Source of the DNA: Chloropicon primus
Taxonomy: Eukaryota
Direction of reading: 5' to 3'
DNA length: 64,000 nt
Assembly (NCBI GenBank): GCA_023205875.1
Contig: CP060760.1
Span: forward strand, 310,001 to 374,000
The position numbers and the translations under genes are program-made. Position 1 is the first letter of the stretch, and each line of letters begins with the position of its first letter. A model generated the notes under the pieces. That model saw nothing but the letters and a program-made list of their open reading frames with translations. It did no database searches and had not been told where the DNA came from. This document shows positions 11,270 to 23,800 of the stretch, in pieces.

Positions 11270-12153
11270 CCCTTTCTCTTCCTCTCCTTCTCCTCCGTCG
11301 TCCTTGGACAAGTCTCGTACTCGATCCCTTCCAAATCCTCCACGAACCAACCCCTCACCGCTTCGTTCGACGGCTCGGCTTTCGTTTCTTCCGCAGCGGG
11401 CGTCGTCCACCAAACTCCACCACTCACGAAAGACTCTCTCACGTCGAATGCCCTGTAACTCCTCAGCGTCGTCGTCCCGAACGCCAGCGATGGTGTCACC
11501 ATCCGATCGATCACCTCACGACTCACGACACGATCGATCGCTCCTCCCTCTTCCTCTCCTCTTCTCCGATTTTAGGCGCGAAAACGAACCTTTCCATTTG
11601 GAAATGTCATGGTCAACGGTCCGAGAAGAAGAAGAGGAGAGAGGAATTCGTACATGTACATGGCGTGGTCGGTCAAGGACCTCTTGGGACGAAGACCACT
11701 TGCTTGACGAGCACGCCTTTGGGTTTGTTGGTTCCAAGACGAAGGTGCACTTGTATTGGTTTTCATTTTTCCGTGCTCTGCTTCACCTTTGGCTTGGCTT
11801 CTTTCCTTCATTCGACTCACTTCACTTTGGTGTGGACAAGACAGAAGGCAAGACCATAGCTTCGTGTTGTCCTACGAGGTGCTTGGGTGGGTGGGTTGTC
11901 CCCTGTGCAGCAAGCAGGACAGGCAAGGCCTTGGGCGAGTCCAGTCCCAGGAGGATAACGACAAGGAGTGCTCGCGCTGCGAGCGAGAGCATGTCGGGAG
12001 AGGGCCTTTGACTTGTACGACGACAACGCCCTCAACCCTGGTGTGGTTGCGAGAAGAAGAAGGAAGGGAGAGAGAGAGAGAGAGAGAGAGAGCGTTGGCA
12101 GAGTTCTTTCATTATTATTATTATTATTCGTGGATTGAATAACGGTTGCTGAG

Positions 12154-15100
12154 ATGATGAGCAGCTACGGAGGAGGGACTGGGACTGGGAAGGCCGCCAC
12201 AATGGGGACGAGCCAGATCCTGAACGCCGCGACGGCTTCGCAGAGGCAGGCCAAGGCAGAGACCATGCTATCGGAGGCGTGCACGACGCGGGCGTCGTGG
12301 CTTGGGAACTGGACGGCGGAGGCCGGGGAGCTCGACGGGAAGGTCCTGGACGACGACCTGGACTTCGAGGTCCTGCTGGAGACGCTCCACAACACAGACG
12401 GGAGCGGCGAGGGGGAGAGCGGCGTGTTCTTGGAGCGGCAAGTCGCGGCGCTCACGAGGGTTGCCAGGCTTCGCGTCGACGGGTTCTTCATGAGCGAGCT
12501 CTCGCAAGTCGAGAAGGTCATCGAGTTCGCCCTCGCCAAGGTGCAGGAGGAGGAGAGCGGGAGGCTCTTCGTGGAGCCCGTGTGCAGGCTTCTCCAGTGC
12601 GCCTGCAGGCCTTTCGTGCGCACCTCGACGACGGACAACATCAAGTACGCGGAAGAGACCGTTTCCTTCGTGCAGACGCTCGGCCTTGCGCTCGACAGCG
12701 AGATGCCAAGCGAAGTCATCTTCCACGCTTCGGAGTCTTTCGCGACCTTGTCCAAGACGGCCACCGGCACGGGAAAGGTGGAACAGTACATCACGAGGAG
12801 CGGGATCATCCTGAGGGCCTTGCAGTGCCTTCGCACCATCCTGTACAACTCCGTCTCCGGCAAGCGGAAGGTTGGAGACACGGTCGTGTTCCTCCTTCTG
12901 CGGGCGCTGGACACCTGCAACGTGTCCCACGACATTGCCGCCTTGCTTGCGGACAATGGCCTCTTTGCCTGCGTCGCGGTGGTTCTGGCGAATCACTCGT
13001 CCAGGGAGAGGGTCGCGATCGCCTGCCAGGTCGTGAGGACTGTCCTCGACATGACCGAGGACAGCGTGGAGGTGAAGACGACAGAGAGCTGCGAGGCGAT
13101 CATGTCCCTGTACGACAATGTTCCGGTCTCCAGCTTGTTCTTCGAGTCCCTTTCGAGGCTCCTGGAGGACATCGTCTTCAAGGGTTTCGGGATGCAAGAC
13201 AAGGACCTGAGGAACGAGATGTGTCTCCTCGTCTTGCTGCTGGCCAAGAATGCCGGGAACAGGCAAGCGCTGGTGGAGTCCAATCTCCTGGACACCATCT
13301 TCTTCGTCGCAACGCAGCCAGAGAGGTTGAGCCAGAGCGACGCCAGCAAAACCGCGCAGGCCCTCATCTCGTCGAGCAACAGGAACATCAGGGCGTTTGC
13401 GTCCACGAGGGAGCCGGAGGACCTGGAACTGAAGCTCACCACGTGGTACGTGGTGGTGGAGATATCAAAGGGGCAGGAGCAGAACGACACGTTCCTCGAG
13501 AAGCTGCAAAGGAGCCAGCTGATCTCGTGCCTCTTGCTGTACTTGGAGGACGGGCAGGGAAGCAAGCAAGTCAAGTGCCTCAAGAGGTGGGCGCCGTACC
13601 AGCTGCAACACCTGAAGTGCGAAGCCATTTGGACGCTAGCGTCTCTGGTCAACATGCTGCCGCAGGACTTTCTCTCCGCCAACGGACTGAACCTGACCCT
13701 GTTTTGCGTGTCCACCATCGCGAATTTCCAGATCCTGCAAGCGTCCATGCACCTCCTGCACCAACTCAGCAAGATCCCGACCTTGAGGCTCCAGTTGAGC
13801 AACAAGGGGGTGGTGGGCTCCCTCCTCCAGGTGTTCCGGGAATTCAGCCGAGCCAAGAGCTCCTGGACGGGCGGGGTGGCCGATCCGAACGATGTGCTGA
13901 AGATGGGCATGCCCCTGGGCACGGAGTCCTACGTTGTGCAACAGGACGTTGCGGCCGTCCTCATCGCCTTCTGCCAAGACGAGGGGGAGGAAAACCCCGA
14001 GGCTGCTGTTTCTGACTTGAACCTGAAGCAGTTCAGCCGCTGCGAGGGAGTTGAGGCAGTTGTTCAGGAGCTCAACATGCTCTACGAGGAAGGCCTGTCC
14101 TCGCCAGCTTCTTATACGGTGTCCCTCCTCCACATGCTGTGGCGCTGTGTGGTCAAGGGCGGCAGGGGGGAAAGTGGCCAAGTCAACCTGAAAACTTTCC
14201 TCGTCCTCGGAGGCATGGAGCTTCTGCTTGACATCGCCTGCGTCGCGGACAAGCGCGTTTGCTCGGTGATCTTGTCCGTCCTCGCCGACGCCATCGAGAG
14301 GGGTGGCGAGCAGGCAAAGGTGATCTGGCACCAGTGGAGATCCACGAGCTCTGGCAACGCGACCGTGAAAGGAGTCAGGGGAGGCGAGGGGATCACTGCT
14401 ACCCACATGCTTCTCCAGAAGTGGCGAGAAGAGGAGAGGGCCAGGAGGCTGACCAGCGAGAGGGGCGTCATTCAGAACCTCAGGAGGCCCTTGGCCGGTA
14501 TGGGCCACGTCCCCCCGATGACAAAGTACAAGGACGGCAGCCACGGCGCTCTAGATAGCTTCATCGACACGATGACGCCGACGACCAGCCGCCCGAGGGC
14601 GGGCACGCTTGCAATGACGGCTGTCATGAACCCGAACGCCGAGGACTTGAGCATATTCCCGAGGGTTCATGCCGTGCTCAAGGTGCTAGGATTCGATGCG
14701 CTCGCCGGAGGGAGCAGGGAAAACGAGTTCTCTTGCCAGGACAAGGCGACCCTGCAATTCATTCAGGAGTACGTCAAGTTCAAGCAAGGGGAAGTTTGGC
14801 TGGACATTGCCGAAAGCTTCGAGAGCGACGGAATGGTGCTCACGGACTTCGACCAGGCCAGGCTTGAGAGCGGCATGGACGCGTCTTACTTGCTAGCCGA
14901 GCAGGTGCAGGAGAAGCAGAGGGAGATTTTGGAGGGAGGCTTCCTCATGGACACCATGAAGGAGCAGAACTTTTACGACAGCATTCTGCTGCAGCAGGAG
15001 CAGGAGCGGGCCGGCCTGCTTCACAAGAAGGACAAGGGCAACCTCACGATGAGAGAGAGGCTCGAGGCCAAGCTCAAGAAGGAGGCCATGCTGAAGAACA

Positions 15101-15414
15101 GCGTGAGGTCTGCGATGGACTCCCTTTCCCAGAAGGACCTCATGAACACGGAGAACGACGGAGGTGGACCCGACGACGAGGAGGATCACGACTCGGACGA
15201 GGACCTCGACGAGGAGACCGTGGAAATGGCCGCTGCCGTGGCCGAGGCAGTGGCCGAGGCCCTTGCAAGTCACGAGGACTCGTCTGACTTGGAGGGATCC
15301 GACGAAGAAATGGACGGCATGGATACCATGATGTCCTCCTCCTCTTCTTCCTCTTCCTCTTCTTCTTCCTCCTCCTCCTCCTCTGCGTCTTCGGAGAACA
15401 ACGAGACGATGTAA
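12154..15414 (+). CDS. CFAP69: Cilia- and flagella-associated protein 69 (ARM-repeat)
   Basis: EDLELKL, KRWAPYQLQHLKCEAIWTL, FLVLGGMELLLDI...VILSVLAD, LLQKWREEE...GVIQNLRRPL and YVKFKQGEVWLDI occur in the order of CFAP69 conserved blocks. Acidic and poly-Ser tail. Confidence 0.8.
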   Translation: MMSSYGGGTGTGKAATMGTSQILNAATASQRQAKAETMLSEACTTRASWLGNWTAEAGELDGKVLDDDLDFEVLLETLHNTDGSGEGESGVFLERQVAALTRVARLRVDGFFMSELSQVEKVIEFALAKVQEEESGRLFVEPVCRLLQCACRPFVRTSTTDNIKYAEETVSFVQTLGLALDSEMPSEVIFHASESFATLSKTATGTGKVEQYITRSGIILRALQCLRTILYNSVSGKRKVGDTVVFLLLRALDTCNVSHDIAALLADNGLFACVAVVLANHSSRERVAIACQVVRTVLDMTEDSVEVKTTESCEAIMSLYDNVPVSSLFFESLSRLLEDIVFKGFGMQDKDLRNEMCLLVLLLAKNAGNRQALVESNLLDTIFFVATQPERLSQSDASKTAQALISSSNRNIRAFASTREPEDLELKLTTWYVVVEISKGQEQNDTFLEKLQRSQLISCLLLYLEDGQGSKQVKCLKRWAPYQLQHLKCEAIWTLASLVNMLPQDFLSANGLNLTLFCVSTIANFQILQASMHLLHQLSKIPTLRLQLSNKGVVGSLLQVFREFSRAKSSWTGGVADPNDVLKMGMPLGTESYVVQQDVAAVLIAFCQDEGEENPEAAVSDLNLKQFSRCEGVEAVVQELNMLYEEGLSSPASYTVSLLHMLWRCVVKGGRGESGQVNLKTFLVLGGMELLLDIACVADKRVCSVILSVLADAIERGGEQAKVIWHQWRSTSSGNATVKGVRGGEGITATHMLLQKWREEERARRLTSERGVIQNLRRPLAGMGHVPPMTKYKDGSHGALDSFIDTMTPTTSRPRAGTLAMTAVMNPNAEDLSIFPRVHAVLKVLGFDALAGGSRENEFSCQDKATLQFIQEYVKFKQGEVWLDIAESFESDGMVLTDFDQARLESGMDASYLLAEQVQEKQREILEGGFLMDTMKEQNFYDSILLQQEQERAGLLHKKDKGNLTMRERLEAKLKKEAMLKNSVRSAMDSLSQKDLMNTENDGGGPDDEEDHDSDEDLDEETVEMAAAVAEAVAEALASHEDSSDLEGSDEEMDGMDTMMSSSSSSSSSSSSSSSSSASSENNETM

Positions 15415-15717
15415 AGTGGTGTATGCCTTTGACGGATCGGATGATGATGGGGTTCCCTTTGATTCATTCCATTTGTACTATTATTTATGATACCCCGTGC
15501 CTATTCCTGGCTATTCAAACACATCGAGGATAACCTTCTCAGACTCACCACCCCACACGACCTGCCCTGGTCCTGGTTCTCTTCCTCACCACCATGCCAT
15601 TCTTGCCATCCCCCTCCCGTCCTGTCCCTCCACACTCCAAAGGCCTTGGCTCCTGGAGCAACAAAATAACTCTGCAAGGCGGCGGCTGACAGGGGGAACG
15701 AACGAGGAAGAGAGAGG

Positions 15718-16749
15718 ATGGACGAGTTCATGGGCGAGCTGATCGGGCTGCTGGAGGACAAGAAGGAGGAGGTCAGGACGGAGGCCTCCACTGCTGTCGC
15801 GGGTCTCACGGGCTCGGTCGACGGCAAGGAGTTGCTAGAAAGGACAAGTGACAAACTTTTTCCAGTTCTCCTCAGGCTCCTTCACGACGAGAGCGCCAAG
15901 GTGACTGCCCAGGTGTACGCCGCTCTGGTGAACCTGTCCCTCGATGAGAACGCCTGTCGGTCTCTCCTCTCCCTCGGCGTCGTCCAGAGGGTCATGGAGA
16001 TCCTCAGGGGGAGCAGCGGCGACAAGGTGCACGACAACCTGCAGCTCACGGCGAAGCTCCTTTCCAACCTCACGCTTCATCAGGAGGCCGTGGACCAGCT
16101 GCTTCAGAAGGGCCGTGGCCCTCTCGAGGGATACTTTGTCTCCTGGGTCGTCACCGCGATCGTCTCGGAGACAGCGGAGGGGAGGGGCGAGAGAGAGTAC
16201 TTTGCTGGCGTCCTCACCAACGTGAGTCAGGACAAGGTGGGAAGGAAGGCCCTCCTGGATGGCGCCAACCTCAAAGTACTGAGCGAGGAAGTCATGCTGA
16301 CGAAGACGCAGAGCGACTTCAGGCGCGAGAGCTTGTGCAGAGTCTTCCGGAACGTTTTCATGGGCTGCGCGAAGGACGGCACGGTCGGCCAAGTCATCCA
16401 GAGCGGGTCCATCGAGGCCTGCATCGTTCTCCTGGCCAGCCGGATGGAAGGCGGGGACGCCTCCTCGCTTGGGGTGGCGCTTCCCCCGCCGGGCGCCGCG
16501 GTGGAGGCCCGGGGCGAGCTCACGGTCCCCTGCAGGGAGGCTCTGCTGGAGGGCGTGCTGTGCTTGGCCGAGGAGGAGGAGTCCAGGAAAGTCCTGTGGA
16601 AGGCTAAAGTTCCGGAGATACTCCAGAAGCTGTACGAGAAGGAGTCCGAGCAGGAGATCAACGAGATACTCGAGAGGTGCGCGGACATCTTCATCAGCAA
16701 CCAGGGGGACGGGGAAGACGAAGTGGGGACCGTGGAGGAGATCCAGTGA
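15718..16749 (+). CDS. HGH1: HGH1 homolog (ARM-fold eEF2 chaperone, FAM203)
   Basis: ELIGLL...VR..A...VAGLTGS, ALVNLS, LLSNLT, VLTNVSQ...GR, RRESL...FRN and REALLEGVLCL match the HGH1 domains. Confidence 0.8.
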   Translation: MDEFMGELIGLLEDKKEEVRTEASTAVAGLTGSVDGKELLERTSDKLFPVLLRLLHDESAKVTAQVYAALVNLSLDENACRSLLSLGVVQRVMEILRGSSGDKVHDNLQLTAKLLSNLTLHQEAVDQLLQKGRGPLEGYFVSWVVTAIVSETAEGRGEREYFAGVLTNVSQDKVGRKALLDGANLKVLSEEVMLTKTQSDFRRESLCRVFRNVFMGCAKDGTVGQVIQSGSIEACIVLLASRMEGGDASSLGVALPPPGAAVEARGELTVPCREALLEGVLCLAEEEESRKVLWKAKVPEILQKLYEKESEQEINEILERCADIFISNQGDGEDEVGTVEEIQ

Positions 16750-16854
16750 AGCCCGTTGTTGAGAATGAGAAAAAAATGAATGAAAAAAATGAAAGTGTTG
16801 TTTGTACCATATATTTATTCGCCTCTTCAGAGTCGGAAGCAAGCGCCGCGCAGC

Positions 16855-17662
16855 TCACGCGTCGGGTTTGTGCCTCTTCCTCTTCAACAGGGACTCGATG
16901 TAAGATTCCAGCTCCTCCTTCACTTTCAGGAAGCCCTCGCGCATGCTGGCCAGCTCCCTCTTGGTCTCCTCCGCGTTCTTCTCGACGCAGAGCTTCCTGA
17001 TGTCTTTGCAGTAGCCGCACATCTGCGCGATCCCGATGTTCAAGGAGCTCCCCTTGAAGCGGTGGATCAGCTTCTGGATCTCAGGAAAGTCCACCGCCTT
17101 GTCCCCCCCGTTGCTGAGTTGGACGAGGCTGCCCAGGGTTTCCTCCCCATCACTAATGTACAAGTTCAAAATCTCTGGAAGGAGCTCCTCCCCCACGTCG
17201 TCCTTCAGGCTCACGAAGTTCTCGTCGAAGACGCCCTCGCCGAGCTGCGCAAAAGAGGGAGGACACGGCGGCCAGCGACGACGGGCACAGTGCAGAGGAG
17301 CAAAAAGGAAAAGTGTCAGCGTGGTGCGTGTGCGTCGGGTGGTAGAGGCTCGCAACTTGCAAAAATGGTCGAGACGCCAAGAGTGTTGCGGGACTCACCA
17401 GTCGCTTCTCGATCTCCTCGGTCGTTTCGTGGCCCCTGCCCGAGCTCGAAGCCTTCTTTTCGTCATCCTTGCGAGGGCCCTGCTCCTGGGGACCCGGCCT
17501 CTCAACCTCAGGTTGCCCTATCTCTATCGTGGGGTCCCCCTTGCCCTCCCCGCGCGGGTTCTCGTCGCGCTTGGCTTCTATGTTGGACAGAGGGGACTCG
17601 ACGACGACAACGCCGGTGCCAATGCCCCCCCCCCCTTCAGCCGTCTCGCGCAACTCGACCAT
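16855..17662 (-). CDS. Histidine-containing phosphotransfer protein (AHP/Ypd1 family); complement(join(16855..17244,17399..17662))
   Basis: HPt motif IHRFKGSSLNIG with the phospho-His intact, plus EGVFDENFVSL. A phase-0 GTGAGT...GCGCAG intron joins a low-complexity N-terminal exon. Confidence 0.85.
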
Positions 17663-17898
17663 GCCCTTGACTGAACTCTTCAATCCTCAAAGACGAGGCG
17701 CTTCTCTGATATTTACAACTTTATCGCCATTGGACGGGAAAAGTCCCACGTTTTTTTCAAGATCTTGAATACACTTGTTCTTGTTACAAAATACAAAAGG
17801 CAAGGGGAGGGGAGGGGGCCTCCTCAAAACTTTTTTATCCCTCTCTGCTCTCCCTCTGCGCGTCTCCTTCTCCTCCCCCTCCTGCTTCCTCCTCCTCC

Positions 17899-20800
17899 TC
17901 ACACCTCGTAGACCATGCTTTTCCTGGAGCTGCTGGACATGCTCTTGCTCTTGCGGAGCGCGGGAGGGGGCTCCGCCCTGCAGCGGCTGCTGAACACGTC
18001 GATCCACGCGCCCCCCCCGGTTGAGGTGAGCATGTCCTCCGTCATGTCGATCGACTTGAGGTGGTTGAAGCTGTTGCTCCTGAAGTTGTTGAGAATCTCG
18101 AGCTTGGCCTCGTTGTGCTCCCTTATGCTTTCCTTGGACTCCATCAGGGAATGGGTCTGCACGGCGAGCTCCGACCTGCACACAAAGTTTCTCTCCAGGA
18201 GCCCCCCCGCGAAACCGAGGAAGATCTCGTCCAAGGTCGTCGGCGAGACGGAATAGTCCGTGATGTAGCCCTGCACCAGAAGCCTCTCGAGCTTCTCGAA
18301 GATCTCCGCCAAGTCTATGGTGGAGCCCAGAATGATTCTGATCTCCGAGCCGCAAATCTCGTCGACGGTCAGCCAGTCCTTCTTCGCGAGGGCGTTCAGC
18401 ACGTCCAGCATCCTGTCCGGCGACACGTAGAGAATGCCGGTGTACCCGCTCCCAAACCTCCGCTTCAGGTGAGCGATGGTGCCGAACGCGTGGAACTCGC
18501 CGGCGGACATCAAGCCAATGTAGTCGCAAAGAGCCTCGCACTCTTCCATGCTGTGGGACGTGAGCACGACCGTCTTGTCCTGCGTGCTGTTCGTTATGGC
18601 ATTCCACAGGGAACGGCGGGAGGCCGGGTCCAAGCCCGCGGAGGGCTCGTCCAGGAGCACCAGCGCGGGGTCTCCAAGGAGGGCGACCGCAACACTGACT
18701 TTCCTTTGGTTGCCTCCGCTCAAGCTGCCGGTCTGCTTGTCCAAGAACCTCGTGATCCCGAGGGTCTGGACCAATTCGGCCACCGCGGGCCCGATGTCCT
18801 TCCTGTCCATACCTTTGATTGCGCCGTAGAGCTGGAGCTGCTCGGTGACCGTCAGCCTCGGCAGCAGCGCGTCGGCTTGAGGGCAGTATCCGACCAACTT
18901 GGACCTGCTGGTCTTGTCCGTCCTGAGCAGGTCGACCCTTTCACCGCCCTTCATGACCAATACCTGGCCATGCACGGCCGTCGTCGCCCCTGTCAGAATC
19001 TTGAAGAACGTCGATTTTCCCGCGCCGTTCACACCGAGAAGCCCAAAGCACCGCCCCTCCCTCAGGCCGAAAGACAGGCCTTTCAGTATCATCTTCTTGC
19101 CGTAACCCACCCAAAGGTTCTTGATCACGACAAGGTCCTTCTTGCCCAACCTGTCGGGAAATGACGTTTCCGAGGCCGAAGCGGTGCTGCTGTCCCCGGT
19201 CACGTGCCCCGTGCTCATGACCCTCTCCCTCTCCGCATTTACGTCCTCGTCGATGAGGCGGGGATGGAAATCGGCGGGCCTTCTCGCAAGGCAGCCCAGG
19301 GAGAAGAGGTCCATCTCGATGGCCAAGAACAGCGCAAAGTAGATCACGGCCTCGCAGGCCAGGTAGATCACCATCCTCGTCACCAAAGAATTCCACGTGT
19401 TCGGTGAGTCGAAAGGCCTGTACACAGAGCACTGGAAGACGTTTACGCACGTGATGGGGTAGTAGCGGTAGACGGAGAACCAAGTGATTTCGAACAGCCC
19501 CCGAGTGACTGCATACACGGGATGCAGTGGGAAAATGTATTCGAAGACCTCCTGCACCGTGAATATAGTACCTTGATCGACGTAGACGGGAAAGTTGACA
19601 ACCACAAGGATTGCTGAAATGTCAAACAGAATCAAACCCGCTATCGCATTGATGCCCAAGATCACACCAAAGCTCACCATCTCACTCCTGAAAGGAAGTT
19701 GCAGCAAGTAGCCAAAGCTCACACTCGCTGGCCCGAAGAGCAGGAGCAAAGCAATCGTGGCCCCCAACCCGGACGAGAAGTCAAAGAAATCTCTCGTCGG
19801 CAGCGCGAAAATCACAACAAAAATAAGGATGCACACAACCAAGTACACACCAAGGTCCCAAACGTAATTTGACAAGTGATACAAGATCTGGTTTGCCCCC
19901 GACAATAGCTGCAGGGTGTTGGCACCTAATCGCTTTTCATACGTCACGTACGTTGCCAAGCAAGTAGCGATGAGCCCAAGTCCGAGGACAAAGGTCGTGA
20001 ATGTGATGTTGCAATTCTGGATGAAGTAGTTGATGGACGGGTTCTTCGCCACTCCGATTTTCGGAAGAGGATGGTTCTCCACGTATATTTCCAACCCTGC
20101 ATTCGACCCGTTCTCTCTCCGAAGCATGTACGTGTCAAAGAGATTCACGGAAGCGGCTGGAGAATGGTAAGCGGTCTGGCTGAACAGCAGAGTGTACAAA
20201 GCGTTTTCACCAATGTCCGTTCCTGTCACGTTCGGGGCATTTTCATAGTAAAGAGCACCGCACGTCTGTTGACGGTCCCTCTCGCACGAAGTCCTCTGAT
20301 TTGTGATGTTGGAGAGGAGGTTCTCCTGGAAGTCGCGCAGGCTCATGGCGGTCGAATTGAATCGGAACGAGAAATCTTCCGCGTAAAGATTCTGCAAGTC
20401 TTCCTGCATGAGCACAGGATCTGAAAAGTTCTGTGCGACAGCAAGAGGACTTGGTGGAGCAGCGAGATTCCTTTGGGAGGACACATAGGCAGCACCCTGC
20501 TTCGATGGGATCGCCGGGGCGATGACTTTCAAGAGCACCCCGCAGCCAATGATAATGAGCACGATGCAGCCGAGCGATTGCAAGACAATGCTAACGATAT
20601 CCCTTTTGAGATCCACAAACCTCTTCCACAAGAAGACTGCAAACTGGCTCTCCCACAACTTGCTCGTAGTTTGGGTGTTCAGCTTCGCGCTGCAGTGAAC
20701 TGAATGCTCCTCGCTTGGAGGCATGGTGCTCATCTTGATAATTTCAAGGAAAACGTCTTCCATCGTCGTGCAGGTAAGCCCGTACGATTCTATGCCGAGC

Positions 20801-23800
20801 TTCCCTTCATTCGACGCAATGGCCCGCAAAAGATGAGGAAAGTTTTTCCTCTCGCCATCTGCCAGGAGCACTTTCAGCTCTGTACCCGCCATGGGTTCAA
20901 ATTGAGCGGCCGACATATTTGCCTTTATCAAGTCCTCGACGCGCTTGCCTTTGGCTGCCTCCTCGCACAAGAACCGAAGCTGGTACCCCAGCTTCAACAC
21001 GACTTTCAGGTACGAAGGAGTTCCCCAGCACTTCAGGCTGCCGTGGGACATAATTGCGATCTTGTCCCCCAGAGTTTCTGCCTCGTCCATGTAATGGGTG
21101 GTGATCAAAATGACCCTCTCCTGCTTCGCCTTGGCGATGAAGTCCCAAGTATCCTTTCTCGACTTTGGATCCATGCCAGTGGAAGGCTCGTCCAAAAGTA
21201 TGAAGTAGGGGTCCCCGAGAAGAGCCAAAGACAAGTTCAACTTTCTTCTTTGACCACCCGAGAGGTTGGAGGATAGCTCGTCAATCTGGTGGGAAATGTC
21301 AAGCTGGCTCAAAGTTTTGCTCATTTCTTTCACAGCCTTCCCGACATCAAGACCTTTGACGTAAGCAAAGTACACCATGTGCTCTCTCACCGTCATCAAT
21401 GGCCACAGACTGTCGTACTGGGTGCACACCCCCATCGCTCTCCTAATCAGAGAGATGTCCTTCAGCAGGCTCCTTCCCAAGATTCTTGCATCTCCGGATG
21501 TCGGGCTCAGCCTTCCCGTGAGCATGGAAATCGTCGTGCTCTTTCCCGCGCCGTTTGAGCCAAGAAGGGCCGTGACTTCTCCCTCGTACATGTCCATGGT
21601 CAAGCCCTTCAGAGCCTCCACTCCGTTGGGATACACCTTTCTCAGCTCCTCAATCTGCACCGTGGGGATATCAGTGGTCTGCAAAGTCTGGTACATTTTC
21701 TTCCTCTCTCCTGGGCCTGTCCAGATCGAGACCGTTCGGCCAAAGCTATTGTTTGACTGTAACTTGGACAAGGCAAAGTCGAACATCTTCTTGTACACCT
21801 TTTGGTTGAAGAACCACAGGAAGAACAAGTACAGGAAGACGTCAAACGCCGCCATGATGATGTACGTGCGCAGCGTGATGTGCTCATTGGACAAGAAACT
21901 CTCGCCCAAGTTGCTCCATTGAGCCCCTTCCATGACACTTTCCAGCTGCATGACCTGCTGGCCAAACGCAAAGGCATTGCTCGCGGGGAGGAGTGCGATC
22001 ACAATCCAAGCAGCGTTGCCACCAGGATAAATCATGCAAACCACAAGACCTGGGAGGAGTGTGCCAATGTATATCATCACTGCGCCCACACAGGCAGTGG
22101 ACACCCTTTCGAAGAAGAGGGAAAGCGCCGCCACAAAGGACGTGAGCGAGGCTTGGAACACCAAAAAGAACACCAGAAGCACTGTCCAGTTACTGTGCAC
22201 AAACCCCCCCTTGGGATTACCCGCAACTCCAGCGGCAGCGAACGAGATGACTATCTGCGGAACAAACGAGATCACAAAGTGCATGAACCAGTACACCAAA
22301 GGATTCAGGCCCATGATGAACTGGAATTCTTCAAGGCCCGTTTCCTTCTCAAAGACAAGTGTGTAGGTCTGAATGACGACGGAAAACATCCAGGCCACAC
22401 CAAAGATGAGCCCGAGGCCCATGTTCGCGACTTTCTCCAAAGATATGGTCGTGTACTGCCCAGTGGGGTATCCGCTGATCTGGAAAACAATGTCTTCAGA
22501 CGGCGAGGTCGGAGCAGTATCATTTCCTTTCATGAATCGCCCGATTGCCTTGTCGACGGAGTGCTGGATATTGACGAACGGGTAGTAGCCCCTCCACCAA
22601 AAGAACTTTTCATCTGCTCCGAGACTCTGCCAGTTCAAAAAGTTGTCTCTCACGGGCGCGATGTCAGTCGCGTTGACCCTGATCTTGTACTCATACGTGT
22701 CGTCGCCGGGGTCCAGGCCCCCGTCCTCGAAGCTAACGACCCCCATGACAGCGGTGGGGTTTTCCGCCACAAAATCGAGTGCTTCCTCCTCGGTCGCAAA
22801 CCCCTTCAAGAAAAGATCCAAGTGCTTCGACACGCAGGTGTCGTTATTCAGGCAGCTCTCCTCGCAGGGATCATTTCTCACAATCGATTGCAGTAGCTCG
22901 AGTTCCGGAAAGGAATCAGCGTTGACCTGAGTCACACAGCGAAGCAAGTTTCCAAGGTTCGTGGAGTTCTGCCTGGTGATGTCCCCAAGCTGGCCGAGAA
23001 CGATTTCCGTGGGCTCTTTGGCTCCGCTTGAATCGGTTAGGAAGTCCTTGAAGAATTTGGCGCCAATGCCGTCGATGCCAACCCCGCCCAAGCACTCGTC
23101 AAAGAGGAAGTACAAGTAATTGCAAGTGGCAACTTGCTCCAGGTACGAGTGCGTCGTGTTCTTTGTGAAGACGCTGCCGTAAGCGAGGTACGCGAAGTAA
23201 CTTGCAGGTAAGGCAGGCGAGGACGTCACACCGGTCAGCTGCTTGAGCTCCCAATTGAAGACTTCGTCGGCGGGCCTCGAGCACAACAATGTTTTCGCGG
23301 CGTTCCGCATCAATCTCGCGTGCTTCTCGTCGTTGGGGGCAAACAGAAGCTGGTTCGCTGGCGAGAACGTTGGCTTGGCCTGCCCCAGCGTGAACGTCGA
23401 AAAGATGTTGTTCAAGGAATTCCCTGCTCCCCCCATGTAAGAGCAGAAGTTCACCTTGTCCGAAGCCTCTATCTCCGATTCATTGAGAGGCAGGGTCCAA
23501 CGGACGTCCATGATCGGAAATGGGTAACCGACGGTCGCTTCCGTCCTCTTGTACTCGAGGAGATCCTGGCTGTCGTTGCTGGACGCCTGGTCGTTTTTCT
23601 TGGCGAGCTTTGAAACCCCCAGCAGCGCGAAGAAGATGACGGGAACGGCGATCTCCAGCAGCAGCGTGACGACGTTCGAGATCCTCTTGTACTTGATCCT
23701 GTAATTCTTCTTCAGCAGGGCTTTCACCTGGCTCACCAGGTGGCTCTTTGATTTCCTCTTGGAGGTCGACAGGCGCTGGGCCGGCGTGGGCGGCACCGAC

